DNA from: Holosporales bacterium
Lineage (GTDB): Bacteria > Pseudomonadota > Alphaproteobacteria > RUG11792
DNA: 29,984 nucleotides
Reading direction: 5' to 3'
NCBI GenBank assembly: GCA_031286725.1
Contig: JAITTR010000088.1
Location: 1 to 29,984 of the forward strand
Part shown: piece after piece, positions 18,344-27,665 of the stretch
Layout: every line of letters begins with the position of its first letter
How positions within the stretch are numbered: the first letter of the stretch is position 1
Notes under the pieces: generated by a model
Databases searched by the model: none
What the model saw: the letters and a program-made list of their open reading frames with translations, nothing else
What the model was told of the DNA's origin: nothing
Translations under genes and position numbers: made by a program

Positions 18344-19522
18344 ATGTTTATAAAAAAGTTTTTAAATTTGCCATTTTGCGTTATATCTCTTTTTATACTA
18401 ACGTTGTGTTTTGGCAATAGCGTTAGCTTTGAAATAAAAACGCAGTTATATGCGATAAGTTTGTGTTTGAAGGACTTAATAGTTTTTGTCCTTCCGCTTT
18501 TGATATTTTCTCTCGTTATGTCGGGAATCTTAAATTTGAAGAACGAATCTTGGAGAATCGTTTTAATATTGATTCCTCTTGTTTGTCTGTCAAATTTCGC
18601 AGCGTTTTGGACGTCATATATCTTTACGGTTCCAATTTTGAAGTTCGGAATATTAACTATTTCCGAGTTGAGCCAAGAGAACGGCTTGCCTCCCGCATGG
18701 AGCGTTTATATATGCAAACTTGTTAGCAACGATATTGCGTTGCTGTCAGGATTAACGTTTGGGATAGCGGGAAACTTCATAAAATTAAAATTCATCGATA
18801 CGATATCTCAGAAATTGTTGCTCGTCTCGAACTTTATTTTGAAAAAAGTAATTTGTCTAATTCTGCCATTGTTTATCCTTGGGTTTATTATAAAAATGCA
18901 ACACGAGGGGGCTTTAACGCTTGTTATTAAAGAATATTCGAAGCTTCTTTTGCTCGTCGCAATTTTGTCGTATGGATACATGTTTTCCGCAATATATTTT
19001 CTATGCGGAAGGCGTATCTCTATGGCGATAGAAAAGTTTAAGAACCTGATACCTGGAATTTTAATCGGATTTTTCGGCATGTCGAGCATAGCGGCTTTGC
19101 CAACGACAATCGAGGGCTGCCAAAAGAACTTAAAGGATAAAAATATAGCTAGTTTTGTCGTTCCTGCGGCGGCAAATATGCATCTTTTGGGAGACTGCTT
19201 TGCTCTTCCGATAATAGGATTAGCGCTTATGGTTTCTTTTGGCTATGGCATTCCAAGCGTTCAACAGTTTTTGGTATTCTCGATTTACGGAGTTGTTGCG
19301 AAATTTGCCGCGGCTGGAATTCCTGGCGGAAGCGCAATAATTTTTGCTCCGCTCTTTGAGAATGTGTTTGGATTTTCGGCTCCGATGTTAACGGCCGTCA
19401 CGGCTATATACGTTCTCTTCGATCCTGTCGCAACCTCGGCAAACGTTTTTGGGCATGGAATGTTCGCTATATTTTTTGAAAAGGTTTCCGCAAAGATTTT
19501 AAGAAAATCTAAATTGCGATAG
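18344..19522 (+). CDS. Dicarboxylate/amino acid:cation symporter (DAACS/SDF family)
   Basis: Polytopic membrane protein with LKDLIVFVLPLLIFSLV, F..MSS.AALP.T, VP...NMH..GD, AGIPGG and DP..TSANV.G motifs. Confidence 0.85.
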   Translation: MFIKKFLNLPFCVISLFILTLCFGNSVSFEIKTQLYAISLCLKDLIVFVLPLLIFSLVMSGILNLKNESWRIVLILIPLVCLSNFAAFWTSYIFTVPILKFGILTISELSQENGLPPAWSVYICKLVSNDIALLSGLTFGIAGNFIKLKFIDTISQKLLLVSNFILKKVICLILPLFILGFIIKMQHEGALTLVIKEYSKLLLLVAILSYGYMFSAIYFLCGRRISMAIEKFKNLIPGILIGFFGMSSIAALPTTIEGCQKNLKDKNIASFVVPAAANMHLLGDCFALPIIGLALMVSFGYGIPSVQQFLVFSIYGVVAKFAAAGIPGGSAIIFAPLFENVFGFSAPMLTAVTAIYVLFDPVATSANVFGHGMFAIFFEKVSAKILRKSKLR

Positions 19523-19749
19523 ATTGGTCTTTTATGTCTAACCTTAGAATTCATTTCTGGAGGTTAGGCAAGAAATTCATTGTCTGTATAAAACTTGTCC
19601 GAAATTGTTATGACTTAAATCTGGATAATATATCTTCCTCCGAAGATGCAAAGGAATAATTCTACAATAAAGAAAACTCTGTACTATTGCGGATTCAGAT
19701 CGTATTATTCTACTATAAGTTTATATATAGAGAATTGTCGCTTAGAAAA

Positions 19750-20346
19750 GTGAATAATTTAAAAAATAACGTTATTTTTACAGTTTTCATTTTCTTATTC
19801 GCAACGTCTATTACTACGGCTATATCGTTTTATTTGTTTGGAAGAGAGAATCAGAAATCAGACGTTATAAAGATAGCGGTTATAGACGCCGAGAAGTTAA
19901 AAAATAATGCGAGATGTTTTAGAGCGCATGAAAAAATCGCGAAAATGTTATCGGAAGTCATTGCCAGAATGAAAATTTCCGAAGACGAAATAAAATCCGA
20001 ATATGAAGCATTAAAAGATAATGAAAAATTAAACGACAATCAAAAAAGACAACAAGTCAGTCAAATAGAAAATAAGTGGACTGAAATTTCTAATAAATAT
20101 AACATAGAGATACAAAATATAAAAAACATGGATTTGAAATTGTCAGAATATCTAGAAAACAAATTAAATAATATAGTGTCTCGAGTTTCCAGAGTTTGGA
20201 AGATAAGCGTAGTATTAAATAAGGAAACGAAAGATTCTATTATAGTATTCTATAATTCTAAAAATATTGATATAACAAATTTGGTAGTAAGAGAGTTAAA
20301 CAAACAAATTCCAATAGTAAATTTTAAAAAGGTATTGAATGATTAA
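19750..20346 (+). CDS. ompH: OmpH/Skp family periplasmic chaperone
   Basis: N-terminal hydrophobic segment, KIAVIDAEKL, coiled-coil core, DITNLVVRELN; immediately upstream of lpxD, the usual synteny. The GTG start at 19750 is uncertain (ORF open from 19687). Confidence 0.8.
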   Translation: MNNLKNNVIFTVFIFLFATSITTAISFYLFGRENQKSDVIKIAVIDAEKLKNNARCFRAHEKIAKMLSEVIARMKISEDEIKSEYEALKDNEKLNDNQKRQQVSQIENKWTEISNKYNIEIQNIKNMDLKLSEYLENKLNNIVSRVSRVWKISVVLNKETKDSIIVFYNSKNIDITNLVVRELNKQIPIVNFKKVLND

Positions 20347-21418
20347 TTCCAAATTTTATACTCAAAACCGCTTTTTTAGTCTTCGGGACATATGCAGTAT
20401 TTTAGGCGTTTTTGTGCCAGAGCAATGCAATTTGGATAAAAATATAACTTCCATAGCAAAATTAAACGAAGCCGCCGAAACGGATATTACGTTCTTTCAT
20501 AATCAAAAATATTTGGAAGATTTAAAAAACACTAAGGCTTACGCTTGTATACTTTTAGACAAGTTTAAAAAATACTTGCCAAGCAACGTCGTTCCTGTCG
20601 TCGTTAATCAGCCATATTTGGCTTTGGCTCTTCTTTTAAAAGAGTTTTATTCGATAAAAGGTTACGATATTAGAGAAACCTTTATATCGAAAAATGCGAG
20701 CGTCTCTAAAAAAGCAAAAATAGGAAACAATTGCCACATATCGGATTTCGTTTTTATAGAAGATGACGCGATGATAAAAGATGGGACTTTTATTGGGCCA
20801 AATGCAGCTATCTTACGAGGAACGGAAATAGGCGAGAATTCTCATATAGAATCCAACGTAACCATAGGTTTCTCGAAAATAGGCAACAACGCCTATATAA
20901 AAACAGGAACAAGAATAGGCCAACAAGGTTTTGGTTTTTATATGGGGAAAGAAGGAATCGTCGACATACTACAAATAGGAGTTGTAGTAATTGGAAACAA
21001 TACGCAAATAGGAGCTAATTGCACTATAGACAGGGGAAGTATTGGAGAAACAAGAATAGGAGATAACGTAAGAATAGACAATATGGTTCATATAGCCCAT
21101 AATGTTGAGATTGACTCAAACAGCGTAATTGCCGCTCAAACAGGAATAGCGGGAAGCTCTAAGATTGGAAAATATTGCGTTTTTGGCGGACAGGTCGGAA
21201 TAGCGGGTCATATAGAAATTGGAAATAGCGTAACAATAGCCGCTCAGTCCGGAGTTATGAGAGATGCCGACCCCAATAGTAAAATTGCGGGAACTCCAGC
21301 GCAAAACATTACAAATTGGCATAGACAAAGTGTTCTGTTAAAAAAACTATTAAAGCAAAGGATATCCGCCCCCAAAGGGCTCTTCGCAAGAATAAAACAA
21401 TGCCTCTTTAAAATCTAA
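20339..21418 (+). CDS. lpxD: UDP-3-O-(3-hydroxymyristoyl)glucosamine N-acyltransferase
   Basis: Hexapeptide repeats, IGQQGFGF, Q.G.VVIG....IGANCTIDRG, IDNMVHIAHNV, AQTGIAGS. Confidence 0.97.
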   Translation: MINSKFYTQNRFFSLRDICSILGVFVPEQCNLDKNITSIAKLNEAAETDITFFHNQKYLEDLKNTKAYACILLDKFKKYLPSNVVPVVVNQPYLALALLLKEFYSIKGYDIRETFISKNASVSKKAKIGNNCHISDFVFIEDDAMIKDGTFIGPNAAILRGTEIGENSHIESNVTIGFSKIGNNAYIKTGTRIGQQGFGFYMGKEGIVDILQIGVVVIGNNTQIGANCTIDRGSIGETRIGDNVRIDNMVHIAHNVEIDSNSVIAAQTGIAGSSKIGKYCVFGGQVGIAGHIEIGNSVTIAAQSGVMRDADPNSKIAGTPAQNITNWHRQSVLLKKLLKQRISAPKGLFARIKQCLFKI

Positions 21419-21419
21419 G

Positions 21420-21588
21420 CATACCAAAAACTATATATTTCCTTTTGGAACGAAAAAACAAAAGATCAATTTACGAAGCGTGTTGTCAAGGGCAAATAGC
21501 GAACAAAGAGAGCGTCCCTTGACAACTCGAGCGGAGTAAATTGGTATAATGGAGTTCCCCCAAAAGGAAATGTATAAATAAAGGTATG
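21420..21588. repeat. Divergent hairpin-core copy (D) enclosed by ~28-bp imperfect terminal inverted repeats; MITE-like
   Basis: Core GTTGTCAAGGG/CCCTTGACAAC (21482-21492/21516-21526), then TGGTATAAT. Flanks CATACC..TATATTTCCTTTTGG (21420-21448) and CCAAAAGGAAATGTATA..GGTATG (21560-21588). Confidence 0.75.
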
Positions 21589-21613
21589 GAGAAGTTATTT
21601 TGGAGCGGAGATT

Positions 21614-22591
21614 TTAGATATAGCGCAATCCTCTATTAGTCAAGACTCTTCCGCGAGGGGTTTTTTGTATAAGACCTTGTTGGATTAGGTATGGTTCTAT
21701 GACCTCTTCTATAGTGTTTGGAGATTCGCAAAGAGCTGCAGAGATTGTGTCCAATCCCACGGGGCCGCCGTTAAATAAATCTTTTATAATTCCTAAGTAT
21801 TTTTTATCTTCAGAATCTAATCCCAGCGGATCAACGTTAAGTTCGTCAAGAGAATTCCTAGCCGCGTCTTCGGTTATTATTGAGATATTTAAAACGCTTG
21901 CGAAATCGCGAACTCTTCTAAGCAACCTATACGCTACTCTCGGCGTTCCCCTGGCTCTTCTTGAAATTTCCAAAGCTGCGTTTTCTTCTATTTCAAATCC
22001 GAGAAGCGTCGCGTTTCTCTCTATAATATAAGCCAATTCTTCCGTCGTATAAAATTCAAATCGGAGCGGAATGCCAAATCTTTCTCTAAGAGGCTGAGAT
22101 AAAAGCCCCAGCCTCGTAGTTGCCGCAACTACCGTAAACTGCGGAATATCAAGCCTTAAAGACTTTGCGGCTCGCCCTTCGCCAATTATTATGTCTATTT
22201 TGAAATCTTCCATCGCAGGATACAACATTTCTTCAACGGCAGGCTGCATCCTATGTATTTCGTCTATAAACAAAACGTCTTTTTCCTTCATATTCGTCAA
22301 AATAGCGGCCAAATCCCCTGTTTTTATCATGACAGGCCCAGACGTTATTTTTATAGAGGAATCCATTTCGTTAGATATAATCTGAGCCATAGTCGTTTTT
22401 CCAAGCCCAGGCGGGCCGGAAAGAAGAACGTGATCAAGAGCTTCTCCTCTTGTTTTTGCCGCTTTTATAAAAACGTCTAGGTTTTTGCAAATGCTTTTTT
22501 GCCCCGTAAAATATTCTAAAGTTTTTGGGCGGAGCGCTCTATCGGCAAAAGCGTCTTCGGTTATCAAATTTGGCGAGATTATTCTTTCCAT
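21614..22591 (-). CDS. ruvB: Holliday junction branch migration helicase RuvB
   Basis: [63 protein letters not shown]...KTPRGR. Confidence 0.99.
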   Translation of the reverse strand: MERIISPNLITEDAFADRALRPKTLEYFTGQKSICKNLDVFIKAAKTRGEALDHVLLSGPPGLGKTTMAQIISNEMDSSIKITSGPVMIKTGDLAAILTNMKEKDVLFIDEIHRMQPAVEEMLYPAMEDFKIDIIIGEGRAAKSLRLDIPQFTVVAATTRLGLLSQPLRERFGIPLRFEFYTTEELAYIIERNATLLGFEIEENAALEISRRARGTPRVAYRLLRRVRDFASVLNISIITEDAARNSLDELNVDPLGLDSEDKKYLGIIKDLFNGGPVGLDTISAALCESPNTIEEVIEPYLIQQGLIQKTPRGRVLTNRGLRYI

Positions 22592-23301
22592 ATTTGAATT
22601 ATATTGAATAACCCTTTTATATGCAAAATTATTATCGTATCGTCATTTCAAAAATTTTATTTGCCAGAGTTCTTGATCGCTTTTTAGAATGCAATTTTGG
22701 TAAGAATTAAACTCTTCTTTTAATAAATAATAAAATAAGCTACCCACAAGCCTGTTTCTGAAAGGTTAGAATTTTAAGGGATTCGCCATATAGAAACAGA
22801 AGCTAATATTAGAGCGATAATTTCTAATTATCAAAATGACTGAGAATCAAAAATATGGTTGTTTGGAAGCGGTTCTCTAGCCTCTCCATAGCCGTTTCGC
22901 GCGTCTTACGACGGAAATATTGGGACTCTTCAGAGAAAAATTAACTAATAAACTCTGGTTGCGATTTCCACAAGATTCAAAAGTAAAATTACTATGTTTT
23001 TGCGAACCCAACCGCTTCTCCTAACTCATGGAAACGAGAATATTCTACAATGGCAATAGAACGATTAGACGAGCGGGAAGAGCTATAAGATCCAGTATTC
23101 TATCTTAAACGCTTCTCTGCCAACAGTATTTTAGTAACGCAATCTAAATCTCCTTTACGCGAAAGACAGTAAATGGCTTCCTTCTTGAAGCTACAGGCAT
23201 ATGCCCTACAATAACCGCAATTAAAGGTTTATTGAAATACGTTCTCTCGATTGTTTCTACACAATATAGTTAACTTAAAATCGAAAAGAAGACGTCTAAC
23301 C

Positions 23302-23696
23302 GATTTGTCAAGGTAGAAAGCGCAGCGGACCTTGACAAATCTTCAAGGCGGATATGGTATAATTTCCCCCATACCATATCCGCCCCTTGGCAACATATTC
23401 GATGATTTATCAAATTCTGAATAATGAATATCCGTATCCCAAAACTCCTTAGCAGTTAAAGGTATTTTCTTAGAATTTTTAAAGAATTTATTGGTATTAA
23501 ACAACATGTTATGTTCTCCTTGATAATAAAGATGGATTATTTAGAATATCCAAAATTTGTCTTTTGGACAAAGAAATCTTAAATATCCGATGGGTTTGAT
23601 ATAGACGATCAAATCTCCGCCTATGTTTTTAGGATACCTTATTGCTTCCATGAAATACAAGAACTTTTTTTGTCCCCTAAAATTTTATGCAAATTT
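23302..23696. repeat. Full copy (R2) of the dispersed repeat unit
   Basis: Perfect 13-bp hairpin GATTTGTCAAGGT/ACCTTGACAAATC (23302-23314/23329-23341); perfect 14-bp hairpin GGCGGATATGGTAT/ATACCATATCCGCC (23347-23360/23371-23384); downstream blocks homologous to R1 and R0. Confidence 0.92.
23343..23507 (-). CDS. Repeat-borne small ORF, 54 aa (MLFNTNKFFKNSKKIPLTAKEFWDTDIHYSEFDKSSNMLPRGGYGMGEIIPYPP)
   Basis: Strong SD (AAGGAGAACATAAC-ATG); paralogue of 9308-9436; read manually. Confidence 0.5.
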   Translation of the reverse strand: MLFNTNKFFKNSKKIPLTAKEFWDTDIHYSEFDKSSNMLPRGGYGMGEIIPYPP

Positions 23697-23774
23697 GCAG
23701 AAATCAGAACATTTAGAAACGGGGTTTTATAAATAAATCTCTTTTAACAAATACCCGGAGTAATAAGGCTAAAA

Positions 23775-25025
23775 TTACTTTTTAAATATCAAAGTCGCGT
23801 TAGTGCCGCCAAAGCCAAAAGAATTGCTCATTACGCAAGGCAGAGGTTTTTCTTGAGGAACATTTGGAGTCAGGTTTATATCGCAACCTTCGTCTGGGTC
23901 GTCTAAATTTAAGGTTGCGGGGATTATACCCTCTTTCATCGCCAATAAACAAATTATCGCTTCGACAGCTCCGGCTGCTCCCAGCAAATGTCCCATGGAA
24001 GATTTCGTAGACGAAACGTTTAATTCGTAAGCATAATCGCCAAATAGAGATTTTATTGCGTTTACCTCTGCTATATCTCCCGGAATAGTAGAGGTTCCGT
24101 GGGCGTTTATATAGGATATTTCCGTTTTTGAAATTCCAGCGTCTGCAAGCGCGTTTTTCATGGATAAAATAGCCCCTTTTGATTCCGGATCTGGAGCCGT
24201 TATATGGTATGCGTCGCATGACGCTCCGTATCCTATAATTTCCCCATAAATATTAGCTCCTCGGATTTTTGCTGATTCGAACGATTCTAACGTTAAAATC
24301 CCCGCTCCTTCGCCAACAATGAAGCCGTCTCTTAGTTTATCCCAAGGTCTTGAGGCTTTTTCCGGAAAATCGTTAAACCCCGTTGAAAGAGCTTTTGCCG
24401 CGGCAAAGCCGGATACCCCGAGTCTACAAACGGCAGCCTCCGCTCCCCCGGCTATTGCAAAGTCGACATAGCCGTTTTGAATTAATCTGAACGCCTCGCC
24501 AATGCTATGACTTCCTGCAGCGCAAGCTGACACTACTCCATAGTTTTGCCCTTTGAAGCCGTATCTCATAGCAACGTGTCCTGAAGCTAAATTAATAAGA
24601 ACGGAAGGAATGAAAAAAGGGCTTACTCTTCTCGCTCCTTGAGCATGCAATACGACGGAAGTATCGTATAATCTCGAAACCCCGCCTATTCCAGATCCTA
24701 TAATAACCGCCGTCTTATTTCTTTGGTCTTCGGTTAATTCGGAAAATCCGGAGTCTAAATACGCTTGCTCGGATGCGCATATAGCGTAAATTATAAACTG
24801 GTCAATTTTTCTCTGTTCCGAGGGGGAAAGATATGAATTAGGGTTGAAATCTTGTTCGCCTTTTTTTATTATTCCTGCGATTTGAACGTTAAGGTCTGAT
24901 GCGTCAAAACAATCGATCGGTCTAATTCCGCTTTTTCCGCTAATTAAATTTTCCCAAGTAAATTTAACGTTATGCCCAAGAGGCGAAACGCACCCAAGCC
25001 CAGTTACGACAACCCGTCTCTTCAA
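23775..25025 (-). CDS. fabF: 3-oxoacyl-ACP synthase II
   Basis: KRRVVVTGLG.VSPLG, VSACAAGSHSIG (catalytic Cys), DAYHITAP, YINAHGTST, KSSMGHLLGAAG, SNSFGFGGTNA. Confidence 0.98.
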   Translation of the reverse strand: MKRRVVVTGLGCVSPLGHNVKFTWENLISGKSGIRPIDCFDASDLNVQIAGIIKKGEQDFNPNSYLSPSEQRKIDQFIIYAICASEQAYLDSGFSELTEDQRNKTAVIIGSGIGGVSRLYDTSVVLHAQGARRVSPFFIPSVLINLASGHVAMRYGFKGQNYGVVSACAAGSHSIGEAFRLIQNGYVDFAIAGGAEAAVCRLGVSGFAAAKALSTGFNDFPEKASRPWDKLRDGFIVGEGAGILTLESFESAKIRGANIYGEIIGYGASCDAYHITAPDPESKGAILSMKNALADAGISKTEISYINAHGTSTIPGDIAEVNAIKSLFGDYAYELNVSSTKSSMGHLLGAAGAVEAIICLLAMKEGIIPATLNLDDPDEGCDINLTPNVPQEKPLPCVMSNSFGFGGTNATLIFKK

Positions 25026-25043
25026 TATTGCGCACTCCTGAAG

Positions 25044-25277
25044 TTATTTCCCCAACGCCTCGAGATATTTCACCGCGTCGGCTACAGTCGCGATTTTTTC
25101 AGCTTCGTCTTCGGGAATTTCACAGTTAAATTCTTTTTCGAATTCCATTATTAACTCAGCTTGCTCAAGACTATCCATCCCCAGATCGTCTTTAAAACTC
25201 GCGGATTCTACGACTTTACTTGAGTCTATTTTTAAATTGTTTACTATTATGCTTTTTATTTTTTCAAAAGCTTTCAT
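25044..25277 (-). CDS. acpP: Acyl carrier protein
   Basis: [36 protein letters not shown], with the phosphopantetheine Ser; upstream of fabF. Confidence 0.98.
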   Translation of the reverse strand: MKAFEKIKSIIVNNLKIDSSKVVESASFKDDLGMDSLEQAELIMEFEKEFNCEIPEDEAEKIATVADAVKYLEALGK

Positions 25278-25311
25278 TATTCGTCTCTCTTTAAGATTAT
25301 TAAATCAAAAA

Positions 25312-25339
25312 ACTATAGCAAGAATGTAAACTATTGCAA
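25312..25339 (-). promoter_or_regulatory. Candidate sigma70 promoter for acpP-fabF
   Basis: Minus strand TTGCAA, 16-bp spacer ending in TGC, then TATAGT (extended -10), about 35 nt upstream of acpP. Confidence 0.5.
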
Positions 25340-25419
25340 TGAAAAAATCAAGTTTTAAATTTCTAAAGAACGCTCCATGATTTGCTCTTTTGCAAACGCC
25401 TTCCTATTTCTTATCCAAA

Positions 25420-25503
25420 GGGCGGATATGATATTTTTTAATTATACCATATCCGCCCAAAAAGATTTGTCAAGGTTCGCTGCGCTTTCTACCTTGACAA
25501 ATC
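25420..25503 (-). repeat. Solo double-hairpin core (C), inverted relative to R1/R2
   Basis: GGGCGGATATG/CATATCCGCCC (25420-25430/25448-25458) and GATTTGTCAAGGT/ACCTTGACAAATC (25464-25476/25491-25503). The loop is the reverse complement of the R2 loop (AGAAAGCGCAGCG). Confidence 0.92.
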
Positions 25504-26000
25504 GGTTTTCGTTATCTCAAGAATGTTTGATTTTCCTTGCATTTGTTGCCGTTAAATTTTAAAATGTTCCAAGCGAGCATTTTAAATCCCCCCAAATTTA
25601 AATAAATTTTATGTAAATAATCGTCAATATGGAATTATGATAGCAATGTTACTTCTCTTAAAGTATAGAACTTTAGGAACAAACAAGCAGTAGCAAATTT
25701 ATATAGGCTAGCGATAATAATTAAATGGCTGATTAGAGAGCTATATTCTCTGTATTATAATATATTATAGTAAGCGGGAATTTAGGAATATTTTACTCTA
25801 ATATAAAAACCTAATACTTAGAATATCTAAAAATGCATAAGAGGAAAAAGTTTATCAGAAGGTAGATAACTATTTTAATCTGCTTTGCAAGTCTTTTTCA
25901 AATCTATCGGCTTTAGCAAAATAGTCAATTTCAAAATCCCTACTATCGATTAGAAATTCAGCGTATAATGCTATATGCTCGAATTAAAAAGTGATGTTTT

Positions 26001-27233
26001 ATGTCAATAATAAAGAATGTTTTCGCAAGGGAAATTTTAGACTCGAGAGGCCTGCCGACAATAGAAACCGAGGTTATCTTAGAATCGGGGATTACTGGAC
26101 GGTCGGCGGTTCCGTCCGGAGCTTCTACGGGATCATTTGAAGCGTTAGAACTTAGGGACGGAGGAACAAGGTTTTTGGGAAAAGGCACGTTAAGCGCTGT
26201 TAAAAACGTTAATACGATACTTTCTCCCGCTTTAATTGGCAATGATTCGACCAATCAAAATCTTATAGATAAAATTATGTTAGAGTTAGACGGAACAGAT
26301 AATAAATCAAAATTAGGAGCAAACGCGATATTATCTGTCAGCGTAAGCTGCTGCATAGCGGCCGCGAATTATTTTGATATTCCTCTTTATAGATATATCG
26401 GAGGTCTTGCGGGAAGAGCATTACCAAAACCTATGATGAACATATTGAACGGCGGAGCTCATGCCGACAATAAAATAGACGTTCAAGAGTTTATGATTAT
26501 TCCTGCGAAGTCCTTGTCTTTTAAAGAATACGTAGTCATTTGTTCTGTTATTTATCAAAATTTGAAGAAAATTCTAAAAGAAAAGGGATTGAACTCAAAT
26601 GTTGGAGACGAAGGCGGAGTCGCTCCGAGTCTTTCGTCTACGCGAGAGGCTCTTGACTTAATAACGTTAGCCATAGAAAAATCCGGATACAAACCGGGGG
26701 AAGATATTCAATTTGCTTTAGATGTCGCTTCCTCGGAGTTTTTTAATGATGGAAAGTATAATTTTGAAGGGAAAACAAGAACTCCAAAAGAAATGATTGA
26801 TTTTTATTCTAAATTGATAAAAGAGTATCCTATAGCCTCAATTGAAGATCCGCTTGCCGAGGAAGATTGGAATTCTTGGAAGGATTTGACAAACGCTATA
26901 GGAGATTCGCTCCAAATAGTGGGAGACGATTTGTTTGTCACTAATAAGGAAAGATTGCGAAAGGGCGTTGATTTAGGAGCAGCTAACGCTATTTTGATAA
27001 AATTAAATCAAATAGGAACTCTGACGGAAACTTTGGAAACTATCGCCTTAGCGAAACAAAACAATTATAACGTCATAATTTCCCACAGATCCGGGGAAAC
27101 ATGCGATACGACTATCTCGGATTTAGCGGTTGCTACGTCGGCTCCGTATATAAAAACCGGAGCTCCTTGTCGCGGAGAAAGAATTGAGAAGTATAACAGG
27201 TTACTGCGTATAGAAGAGCGATTTAATTCCTGA
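26001..27233 (+). CDS. eno: Enolase
   Basis: [99 protein letters not shown]. Confidence 0.99.
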   Translation: MSIIKNVFAREILDSRGLPTIETEVILESGITGRSAVPSGASTGSFEALELRDGGTRFLGKGTLSAVKNVNTILSPALIGNDSTNQNLIDKIMLELDGTDNKSKLGANAILSVSVSCCIAAANYFDIPLYRYIGGLAGRALPKPMMNILNGGAHADNKIDVQEFMIIPAKSLSFKEYVVICSVIYQNLKKILKEKGLNSNVGDEGGVAPSLSSTREALDLITLAIEKSGYKPGEDIQFALDVASSEFFNDGKYNFEGKTRTPKEMIDFYSKLIKEYPIASIEDPLAEEDWNSWKDLTNAIGDSLQIVGDDLFVTNKERLRKGVDLGAANAILIKLNQIGTLTETLETIALAKQNNYNVIISHRSGETCDTTISDLAVATSAPYIKTGAPCRGERIEKYNRLLRIEERFNS

Positions 27234-27665
27234 TTAAGGGGGATTTCGTTAAAAAGGGAACAGTTTGGGGTAGTAGCCTACTTGACGTTGGGTTTTATAA
27301 TAAAGTAGGGATAACGTTTTACGCTCAGCTCAGTTTGAAAATATATTATCGTAATGACAATTGCTAAATTAGTTGAGGAATTGTAACTCCGTAATAAGAT
27401 TTTTCATAAGTTACAAGAGAAGATTGCTCTATCTAAAATCAATTTTTGATAAATATTCTTCGCCGTTATCGTGTTAACTATAGACGATACTCTGAAGTTG
27501 AGCGCTTGCAAAATTAAAGCGAATAAGGAGCTATATGGAGAGTAAAAGCTAAGGATAGCGGCAATTTTTTGAAGTTAATAAAACATTAGTTTTTGAAAAT
27601 TTTTAAATAAAAATATAACTGCGCTATAATGATTAATGATATGAGTAGAAACTTGACGTGAACAA

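Noticed and set aside
22600-23295. Decayed ruvA upstream of ruvB
   Set aside because: Size and position fit, but only a trivial LGEAV match was found and no RuvA HhH or OB motifs were recognisable.
9261-25503. Hairpin repeats as a CRISPR array, tRNA, riboswitch or group II intron end
   Set aside because: The copies are dispersed rather than tandem with spacers. There are no cas genes, no cloverleaf or CCA end, and no domain V or known aptamer consensus that I could recognise.
27240-27660. atpI upstream of atpB
   Set aside because: No frame gave an AtpI/AtpZ-like sequence; only short interrupted frames were found.
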